DNA of 54,055 nt from a virus. Taxonomy: Duplodnaviria > Caudoviricetes. Of the stretch, positions 19,921 to 31,900 are shown piece by piece. Made by a program: the position numbers and the translations under genes. Numbering within the stretch: the stretch's first letter is position 1; each line of letters begins with the position of its first letter. Where the stretch lies: positions 1 through 54,055 of IMG/VR virus record IMGVR_UViG_3300010155_000008, one strand, 5' to 3'. The notes under the pieces were generated by a model. The model searched no databases. It saw only the letters and a list, made by a program, of their open reading frames with translations, and was not told where the DNA came from.

Positions 19921-22900
19921 TGATAAAATGTGCATTAAATAAAGAAGAACTTGAATATGTTTATGGATTAACTAAACAATCTATACAAGCAAAATTAAAT
20001 GCTAATAATCCTTTTAATGTAGATTCTTATATGAAGTATCTGTATGAAAGAATTCAAAAAGTTTCAGATAAAGATAGAGCTGCTCAATTTTTAGCATTTA
20101 CCCCAGCTATTATTGAATCTGTAGTTTTAAATAATTTTATTGAAAATATAGATCAAATTGAAGGATATGATAAAATATCTATTTTAAAAGTAAAATGGGC
20201 TGATCCACAAACTGCTATTAAAAATGTTGTAAATACATTAGATCAAACTAAAACAAATTTAATAATTGCTAGACTTATTAGAGAACAAGCAAAAGGTATT
20301 ATACCTGATAAAAATGAAAGTAAGTTTGATTATAATGTTGTATTTAGATATAAAGCTCTTAATATTTTATCAACTACATTACCTGCATTTAAACCAGGAG
20401 CAACTAAGTTTGAAAAAGAAGTTCCTGATGTACAGAGAAGAAATATAAATGATACCATTACTGCTATTGCTAATACAATTTCTTTAGAAGATACTGTATT
20501 AAAACATCCAAATTATCAAGGTGTTAATATTAAATTAAAAGCTGTTAATCTTAGTAAGTTTGTAGATGGTACTTATAGTGAAAAAAAACTTGATGGAACT
20601 ACTCAATCAGAGATTGCTAGATCTTTAGATATACAAAATCCTTTAACTAAAGGAAAACCTAAAGCAGGTATTATTCAAGTTCAAGATAGAGTTATTGTTT
20701 TAGTTACTGATGAAAAAGGAAATCCTTTGTCATTTGATTCAAGTAATAATATTGTTGCTGAAGAATCTTCTGATAGTACTTATGTTTATCAAATGATGAG
20801 AAGTATTAGGAAAGACGGATCTGGTTATAGTATTAGAGATATTTATAATTTAGAAAATAAAGTTTTAAGTTCTAGTGAGATTGCTACTATAAGGTCTGAA
20901 GAATCAAATGTAAATTATAAAGAAGCTTTGCAACAAGTAAACTCAGAATTTAAAGAATATTATACTTTAAAAAATGCAGCTTTAAAAGAAGATTTAGTGT
21001 TAGATTTTATAGGAATGACTGATGGTATCAGTATAGATAAAACTACAAAAAAAACTCCTTTAAATGTATTAATTGATAATAAAATAATTACAGATAAAAC
21101 TTTAGAAACTATAAGAACTCTTACAGTGCCTGAAAATGGAATAGCTGCAGGTAGAGCTACAATTGTTATAGAAGGAGATCTTTATCAACTTGATAGATCT
21201 AGAATGTCAGAGGATTTGGCAATTCAAATTCAAGAAGTTTTATTTTCAGAAGACTTTTCTATTAAAGAAAAAACTGATTTTTATGAACAGTTTATACCTA
21301 ATAAATATATTACGAATTATTCAAAAAGACATGATATAGTTAGAGAACCTGTAACAAATGAACTTTTTATAAAAGTCTATGATAAAGTTCAAAATAAAAA
21401 ATATCCAAGAAATCTTCTATTTGAAATAAGTATAAATTCTGATGGTATAGTTTTTGAAAATGGTCAAAAAGTATCAGAATCAAAAAAAGTAAAATTAAAA
21501 AAAGATTTTAAAGATGCCTTAACTAATACTTATCCAGATGGAAACTCTATATTTATACATTATAGTGAAGATCATCTTCAAACTCCCTATTCTTTAGATT
21601 TATATGAAAATGGTGAATTAAAAAGGACTGTTAATTATTATGACTTTATTAAAAGTCATGATCCTTTAGTTTTTATTGTTTCATCAGAAACAGGCTATTT
21701 TAATAAACAAATTTTATTTCAAAGGTCTACTGATACACAACTAAATAATATTACAGAAGCTTTACCAATAAATAAAAGATTTAGTCAATTAAAAGAAGAT
21801 GAGTATTTAGGAAATTTATTATTAAAAGAAACTCCTGATGGTAAATCTGTATTAAAAGATGAGTATAAAGGAAAGTTTATATATTCTACAGTTGGTTTGT
21901 TTTCCAATGAAGTTTTTCAAGATACAGATGTAGTACATACAAATGATATTACTGTAGATTTAATATCATCTATTCAAATGGGAAATGGTGAAGTCTTTAG
22001 AGAAAGAAATGAAGATGAAAGCATTGAAGCTTATATTTTTGCTTTTTCTAAAGCTGGTTATAAGACTACTCATTTAGATCCGGCAGTGACCAATAGAATA
22101 AAACAACTTACTGAAAGTGGAGTAACTGTAGTCACTGAAACTTCAGATAGAATAAAAGATGTTGACTTAGTTGTATTAGGAGATAGAAACAATCCCGGTG
22201 TAGAATCTTATAGTTTAAAAGATAATTTTTTTAAAAAAGAACTTGAAGCTTCAGTTAAATATATTCAGAATCTTCAAAAGGAACCTGCTTCTATTAGTAT
22301 TAGTCCTTATGTAAATAAAAAAATAGTAATAGACAAAGCTACTAGTGTAGATACTGATAAACCAAATGATCCTAATGAAGATTGGGAATTATTGAGAAAT
22401 GGAAAACTTAATTCAGATAAGCTATCTGCTGCAGACATAAAAAGGGCAGATACCTTTTGGACTAAGAGTGCTTTTGGTAAATCATTACAAAAAAGTATAT
22501 CTTTAAACAAAGCAGTTAATTTAGTAAATTCTGATGCATATGCTAATTTTGTAATCTCTGGTGCTACTTTAATGAATCCAGACATTAAAGGAACTATTAA
22601 TATTGATAACAGTAAAGGTTCAATGGTAGATTTATATCATGAATCATTTCATGCATTTACTCAATTGTATTTAACACCTCAACAAAAAATAGATCTATAT
22701 GAAGAGGTTTTAGATTATACGGATACAAAAGGAAATAAACCTTATGAAGGCAAAAGTTATTTAGAAATAGAAGAGATTCTTGCAGAAGACTTTAGAAGTT
22801 ACATGAAGAAGAATGTAGCTAAACCAAATTCTCCTATGAGAAATAGCATCTTTAGAAAAATAGTACAGATGCTTCAAAAACTCTTGGGTAAGATTATACC

Positions 22901-25900
22901 TAATTTGAAAAATGTTCAGTTGGATATAATGTCTGTACCTGCAGTAAAAGAATTATATGAAAACTTAAATTTTGGGAGTGATAAATATTTTAATCAATAT
23001 GAAGCTTCAGTAGATAACGCAATATTTTTTGAATTAGAAAGAGGTATTAAGTATGTAGAGAAAATTAATAATGAGAGTTATAAAAGAACTGCTTTAAGTA
23101 AAACTGATTCTGATCTTATATCAAGCTCTATAGATTCAATTATATCAGATCTTATAGATGCTCGTTATGACAAAGAGATGGAAAGATATCCTAATCTAAA
23201 AGGCACGCAGTTAGAAAGTTATATTTCAAAAATAAAAGGTTTAAGTTTAACAGCATTGCTTGAACCAAAACACAGAGCACTAACATATAAAAAAGTTTTA
23301 GATAAACTAAAAGAAAGATTAACTGTACTTAATAAAGAATACAATAAGTCAGTTGGTAAAGTTGGAATAAGTAAAATAAATACATTTAAACTATTAAAAG
23401 ATAATGCAGTTGCTACTTTAAAAACAGAAAGCGGTATACATAAATATGTATTGTTAAAATCTCAAATAGATAGCTTTAAAGATTTTGATTCATACTTTAA
23501 AAGAGGTACACGAGTTAAAGGTGAAGAATGGAAAGGAATTAAAATAGTAGGAGATTACTTTACGCATTCAATTATTAAAGATAATAGTAGAGAAAAAAAG
23601 CCTGAAGTTCCTGCACAAATTATTATAGTATCAAGAATTGAAGATGCTAAAGTTCAATATGATAATTATGTAAAAGGTAAAGCAAAAGAATATACTGGAA
23701 TTAAGTTAAATGCAAAGGCAGTAGATTCTGATTTAACATATGACCAAGAAAATCTTTTAGATAACATTAGAATTTTAGAAAATGCTATTGATCAATTTGG
23801 AGATCCCAATTACATAATAAATGATATTAAACCAACAGGTGTTATTGCTTATCATTTATTACATTCAGATTTTGAAATAAATAAGATTAAATATTTTGCA
23901 GAAGAAGAAGTTCCACAAGAAAATAGTGAGACTCCATTTGAAGAAGATTTTCAAAAATCTTTATATGATTTAGCAGAAAAAGAAGTAATTTATATTTTAA
24001 AAAGTTTACATAAGATTGAAAATGGAAAAACTAAAAATAATAAGTTAGGCTTTAAAGAACGTGCTGATTTTAGAAAAGTTTGGAATACATTATTTAAAGT
24101 TATAGGTGGTGTACAATCAAGACAGGAAATGTTTGACATTATAAAAGAAGAGGCAAAAAACTTTCCTGAATTAGAACAATTATGGAAATTTAAATTACCG
24201 TCACCACGCAATATTCAAAGCACTTATGCTATGGATATTAGCTCATCTTTTTGGCATACATTTTCTAAACCTTCTGTAAAAGCTTGGCAACTTACAACTA
24301 ATATTTCTGAGGTTTATATAGCCGGAGATTTGATGGATACATCTTATGATTTTATTGTAAATGAATCTACTATAGAATTAAATAAAATACTTTCAACTTT
24401 TGAGAATCGTTTTAAAATTTCAAAAAATAAATACATGCTTAGGTTTAAAGATCAACCAGCAGTATTAGATTTACCAAGATTTCATAATGATTTTATAGAT
24501 AGTTCAAGCAAAGTAGTTGATAAGTTAGGTTTTTTAAGAGTTCTAGGTTTTCAATTAGATAATACAAAACAATTAGAAAAAGCTCTTACAACAAAACAAG
24601 CTTCAGCTGATATAAATAATTTAGTTCTTTTGATTAAAGATTTATATAATATTACAACTAAACCTATTAATGAAAGAAGTGTAAAAGAAAAGAAATTATT
24701 AAAAAGATTTGTTACCAATCCAATAGGTACTCTTAGAAATAATGATTTTATGAAAAATTTTATTTCTGAATTACCTAGTTTTAAAAATATTGAAACTTTA
24801 AGAAATGATTCAATTGTAAGAAATTTAGGAAAGATACAAGCTAATTTTGGATTTGATACTCCAGGAGATACAATAGTATTACCTGATGGAAATAATGCAT
24901 ATACTGTTGCTAATCATAGTGCAGTAACTTCAATAGTATTGGGTATTAATGCTCTTGATGATTTAGAAGAAGCGTATGTTCTAAATGAACATTTATCTTA
25001 TTTAAATCCATATGAAGATAATGGAGGTATGCCTTATAATCCTTTAGCTCTTAGAAATAAAGTTTTGAATACAATGTTTCCTAATGGAACTAAAAGAGAT
25101 TTTACAAAAGAAATGGAGTTTGTATTATTAACTGGAACAGAACTTAGAACAACTACAATTTATGAAGATTTATATAATAGTAAAGCAGTTGCAGAAAGTT
25201 CTGGGATTAATACAGGTGATCTTACACCAATTGATAAATTATTTCAGGAATATAATATGTTACTTAGTAAAGGTGTAGGTGAGTTTATTAGACATTCTGA
25301 GAAAAAAAGTGCTTTTGGAATTAAGCTTGATAAAAGAAAAGAATTTAATGGAATAAAAACTGGGACAAATAAAAATTTATGGATAGATATTGATTTATTT
25401 AAATCTCAAGAAGGAGATGGGATTGCTTTAGAAGCATTTATATTAGATTATATTGCCTCAGAGTTTGATAGAATTCAATATTTTGAACAGAATGAGGGTG
25501 TTTTAGAAACTACTACAGGTTATAATAGAACATTATCTAATGGAAGAAAAGCAGGTTTATCATTTGTTGCAATGGATTCTTTGATAAGTGAACCTATTAA
25601 AGAATTTTTATATAAAGAAGCAAAAAAGCCTAATGTAACTGATATTATTGATGTACTTAAAAATAGTAAACATTATCAGTTTTTAAGAGATGATGTGCTA
25701 GAATATTTTGAACAAAAAACTCTTTTTATAAAAAATTCTTTAGGATCTAATTTAAGATTAAATCCAGAATTTGCAAAGTATGATGTAGATACATTAGCAA
25801 AAGCTTATACATATAATGATTTTATTAATAAGTTAGAAATGTCTAATCTTATTAATGGGGACGTAGCTCAATTTGAAAATTTAACAAAAAGAAGTCCTGG

Positions 25901-28900
25901 TTCTAGTTCTAATGGTGATGGGTTTCTTTCTGATATAAATGCTCAAAAATTTATTAATGGAATTTTTCAAGGTAAAAACGTAACAACTTATGCAAATACT
26001 TTAGGGATAGAGGATTTTAATTTTGATGGAACTTTAAATACAGGAGTTATAAAAGATCCTAAAAGAAAATCTATTTATCTTAAAGAAATGCAAGAGGCTT
26101 GGACTGAAAATTATTTAAAAGCGGGTTTAACAAAATCTGAAACTTCAAGTAGAGTTACTAGAGATTCTAAAGCTTACAAAAAAATGTTAGAAGCTGATGG
26201 AGCTGCATATTTAACTATTGATGCATATAGAGTTCTTAGAAAACTTGGTAATAAATGGAGTCTAGAACAAGAAAATTTATATAAAGATATAGTAGCCGGG
26301 AATGATGTAAGTGTAGAAAAGGTTTATAAATTTTTTCCAGTATATAAACTTCATAATTATGGTCCATTGATGAATAGTAAAATAGCTACTACATCTATGT
26401 TTAAATTTGCTGTTGCACCTATTATACCTTCAATTGCTAAACCAGGTACAGAATTATATAAACTCCATACAAAAATGTTAAAATCTGGAATACAGATGGT
26501 TACATTTAAATCAGGATCTAAAGTTGCATCTCTTACTAGTAAGTCTAATACAGAGGCAGATGATATTTTTGAAAAATTAGATGATTTAGAAAAATTGAAT
26601 AGAACTGATAAGTATGTAGAAGAAGATGATAAAAAAGCTCCTATTAAAAATAATAAGATTCATTTAAAATATTTAAAAGATGTAACTTCAGTAGCTGATA
26701 AATTACACAAAACTATAACAGTTGGAACACAATCTAGAGTGGTAGTTGAAAGTCAACTATATTCAATGGGTGATTTAATTAATCCTAAAAATAAAAAGAT
26801 TTCAATTCAATATAAAAAGGCTGTTAAAAATTTAACTGATGTTTTAGAAACAGAATTACTTGATGAAATAGGTTTTACTATTAATGAAAAGGGTACTTAT
26901 ATACCTTATAGTAAAGGAAGTCTTGAAAAACTAACAAGAATGATTAGAACAGAATTAGATTCTAAAGGATCACCTGTTCAATTACAAAATATAATTGATG
27001 TTTCAGTTAATGGTTCTTTGAAAATTGATTTTTCAATACATCCTGAAGCACAAGTGGTGGAACAAATTTTAGTTAATAGAATTTCTAAATCTATTTCTGC
27101 TCAAAAAACAAAAGGTGAATCAGATGTTCAAGTCCCAAATACTTTTTATAATGGTGTATGGAATTCTGAATTGGAACAAGATTTAGCTATTATTAAAAAT
27201 GAATTAGAAATTCAAAAATATTTAGGTACTAATAATTTACCTTTTTACAGAAGAGGTGAAATAATTAATAAAGAGACCGGGGAAAGAGCATCAACACATT
27301 TAGCCAAAGTAGCTATTCCACTCAATGGAGATTTTGTAAACTTATTAAACTTAGAGGATCCTGATAATCCTGGTAATATAATTGGGACAAGAAAAAGATT
27401 AAATGAGCTTTTAAAAGATACAGATTGGATGAAAGAGCATGGTCAAAAGGTTACAATTACAGGACCAAGGATACCAACAGATGATACTAATTTAATTGAA
27501 GGATTTGAAGTATGGCATTTTATAGATGCCTCTGCTGGTAGTACAGCAGTTGTTCCTACAGAAATTGTAGCTAAAGCAGGATCTGATTTTGATGTTGATA
27601 AGTTATTTTTTTCATTTCCTAATATAAATGAAGATGGTAGTTTACCTAAAACAGTTTTAAATTTTGATTCTCAAATTAAAAAATTGAGAAAAGAAAAAAA
27701 GAGTATTAAAAAATTAATCAATCAACAAAAAAGATTTAATCAAAATGAGTTAATAAGAACAGGTGTTGAAATATTAAAACTTCCAGAAACTTATTCAGCT
27801 TTAACAAAACCTGCTAATACTTATTTATTTAAAGATCAAGCAAAATTAGAATCTAAATCTGATATAAAGGGACATAGTTCTTTAACAGAAAATCCTACTA
27901 AATTTTTTGAAACTGAGTATAATAATTTACAACATGAATTATTACTAGGTGGTAATATACCAGTGAGTATTTTTGCAAAATATAATAAGCAACATATTTT
28001 ATATAAATCTATTGGAGCTAAAATGCCTAAAAAGTACTTTGATAATGATTATTTAATTAGAGAAATGAAAATGAGATTCCCACATAATCTAACTCCAGAA
28101 GGTAATATTTCAATATCTAGTATAACTAATGTAGACAATGTAAATATAGGAGAAATATTTTCTCATGGTCTTCAGGGTGTATTAGATAGAGGTAATGATT
28201 CTTTTCCTGTAAGAGCCGGTATTAGTAAAGAATCTCTTCCTGTAGTGCTAAGGATGATTGAAAGTGGAGTATCATTACCTCAAGTTATAAAATTTGTTCA
28301 GCAACCTTTAATTGAAGATTATTTAAAAAAACTTGCAGAATCTAAAGGAATTCTAAGTCAACTAAAAGATGCTAATATTAATAAAAGAAGAATAGTAGAT
28401 CAGTTACTTGTACAATATATAGATTCTAATGCTATTAGTTTTTATAATAAAAAATCTTTTGAAGATGCCAAAGAGGCAATGAAAAGAAATCCAAATAAAA
28501 TGGTTTCAATTACTGCAGGAGATGATATAAATTCAGTAGAAGTTTTGAGTAAAGATTTTAATAAATTTATAAAAGAAAATAATATAGAAAGTAATCAAAT
28601 AAAATGGATACAATTTGATAATGATTTAAGTCCTATTTTTGCAAAATATAGTTTTAAGAATCCAAACCTTCTTTATAAAACATATCATTTAGGAGAATAT
28701 TTTTGGAATAAGACTTATGCTCAAAATATTCCTACAGGTGAAGAATTAAGAACTCCTCAAGCTGATTTAGAACAAGTTGCTCTTTTATTTGAATTTTTAA
28801 ATGTAGAAAGACAATCACAAGGTATGGAAAACTTTGAGATGAACTTTAATCCAGATACAGGACTTCTTTTAAATATTGAGGGAGTTGTAGAAAGAAAAAA

Positions 28901-31900
28901 TTTTATTAAAAGTTTATATGCTGATAGTAGAATTGACAAAGAGACTCTTGATAACTACTTAAATGATTCTATAGTTTCTTCTATGTATAAAACTAAAATC
29001 TTTATAGATATTGTAGGTCCACAGTTTGCATTGAGATTAAATAAAGGTTTATCTGAAATGCTTGGAATAACTTATTTTAATAATAGACATAATATTAATT
29101 TAAGGTATGAAGGTAATAGAATAGAAGCTAGAGAAAAATATGCTAATGCTTTTAATAATGGTGTAATAGATTATATTTATCAAAATATTTTATCCAATTA
29201 TGTTGATAATAAAACAGGATTACCTGTAACATTACCTGAAGAAATTAGAAAAAGAAAAGTAAATAAAAAGAAACTTCTTGGTGACAGTGTTGTAGTTTTT
29301 AATAATAAAACTGTAAATATAGATCTTGATCAAATTAAAACTGATTATAAAAAAGGATTATTTTTTACAGGAAATGATGTTTCAGGAAAAGATACTTTTG
29401 ATAATAGCCCTTTTCCTACAGAAGAATCATATATAAGATATATAATTGAAAGAGAATATTTTAGAGAGGTATATAAAGAACATAAAGATAAGTCTGGTTT
29501 TGAAGAAAGAATTTCTAAAAGAGCTTTAGCAACTTCATTTAATGTTGGTTATATAAAAGGTGATGCCGGATTTGGATCAATTAAATATTCATATACTAAA
29601 GATATTATGGAGTTTATAGAAGATCCTAGTAATAAAACAATAGTTCAAAACTTTCCTGTTTTACAGCATTTAAAACCATCTTTCTATATGGCTTCAAAAG
29701 GATATCAACTTTTAGAGTTAGATAATAAAACATTAATTGATAATGATATAGCTTTAGATTATTCTAAACAATTAAAACAACTAGGAGATCCTATAATGAG
29801 AATTGTTTCTGATAATCCAATTAAAGATGCTATGATTAGTGATTTATTTAAAAACTTTTCACTAATGGCTATATATCAGCAAGGTACGGGTAAATCAGGT
29901 TTAAATTTTATCAAAGCCTTAAATCCAAATACTTTTGTTGATGTATTAAAAATACCAACAATACAATTTCAAAAATCTGTTTTTAAAGATCTTTCTAAAA
30001 TGCCATTATCAGATTTTAAAAAAGAGATGTCAAAAAGAAATACTCTATTTAATTTTATTGCTGATTCTATATTAGATACTTCTACATATAAACAATTATT
30101 GACAAGTCCTGGAAACTTTTTAGGTTCAATAGAAGCAGTAAAATTAAAGGATTTAAATAAGTTATCTAATCTTACTGATGAAGAATTATATAGAAGATAT
30201 AAGGATGCTATAGTGAATAAAGTTTTTGATAATGCAATGAGTGATAATAATCAAGGAACTGCAATTTTAAATGAAATAGAAATTGAATTATTAAGACGAA
30301 ATCTTCCTTTAATTCCTACTCAATCAACTTCTAAGGTTAAACCTACAATAAATTTATCAAAAGAGTGGAAAGGAGATTTGGAATCTAGACCTGTATATAC
30401 AGCAGAAGGAGTTAATACTATGAGAACTTCAGATGCTAAATCTGAAGAACATTTTGGAAATCCATTTAGTGAAGCTGGGTATGGAGATACAGTAAAAGTA
30501 AATAGTATTGGTGCTGCAGTTGAAGCTTATAAAGCTTGGCTTAATGAAGATAATTTAGCTACAACTAAAGACTTTGGTTTAGATCCAAAAGAATTTTTAA
30601 AAAAAATTATACTTTCTGCAGGAGGTAAACCAACTAGAAAAGGCATGTTTGCAATAGATGGTCAGTATTATTATATACCAGACATATCCATAATGTCTAA
30701 ACCTTATGGGTATGATGCATTTATTAATATTGGAAATGATGAAATATATTTAGGTTCTAGTAAAAAAGGATATACTGATTTTGTGTCAAATGATGAATAT
30801 CCTTTAGCTGATTTAAACTATGAACAAAGAGAATGGATACTTGATCAAATTAATCAAGGTAAATTAGATGGTGCTATTTTATTATATGCAGGTAAATTAG
30901 CAGCAAGAGGTGAAGGTATGCATCCTACAGCATTAGCAGAAGTAGTAGAAGAATTAAGATTAAATCCAAATACTAAAGTTAAAGTAGTAAATGAAGTATA
31001 TGATAAAATTGATGAAGATAGTTATTCAATAAGTTTGAATTACAAAGGACGTGATTATAATATGGTTATATCAAGAGATGGAGAAATAGTAGATCCTTCT
31101 TATTATAATCCGGAAACATTGATGGATGTAGATGTTAAGTCTAATATTTTTAAATTTACAAAAGAAGATATTAAAAATATTTTCTTAGAAATAGAACAAC
31201 CTCCTCAACCACCTGGTAAGGTTAAAGAAGGAGTATCTGAAGTATTTGAAATAAAACCTGAACTAGCTAATATAGGTACACAAGAACAATATTCTGAATG
31301 GATAAATTACTTATTAACTAAAGGAAAGCTTAAAGGAACTACTGTAAAAGATATTTTATATCATGGTACATATGAAGACTTTGAAGAATTTTCAAAAGAA
31401 AAAAGAGGAAATATAACAGGTTTAGGATCTTTTAAAGATAAAAAAACAGGAGAGGAGGTTGACTCTGATACAACTCATGCTTTTTTCTTTACTGATAATA
31501 AAATTAATGCAATAAGTTATTCTTTTAAAGGTAGAGAAGGTCGTATTAGGAAAGTTAAGGATGCTCTTGGAGATATTCTTATGGGAGAAGGAAAGAATGA
31601 AGCAGTAAAATTTATTAAGTCTATTCCTTATTATAATAAGCTTATTGAAGCTGCTAAAAATAAAGGTAAGTCTCAGGAGGAAATTAAAGATTTACTTAGA
31701 AAAGAATTAAAAAAAGTAAATATTGTTTGGAATAAAGGAAGTGCTCAAAGTTTTGGAAATTCACTACATAATCACGTAGCTGCTAAAAATGAATTTGAAA
31801 GTTTCTTAAAAAATATATCAAGATTTAAGAATAATGATTTATCTATTAAAAATAGATTTGGAGATTTTAATACTTATAATGCAAGTTATGATAATTATAA

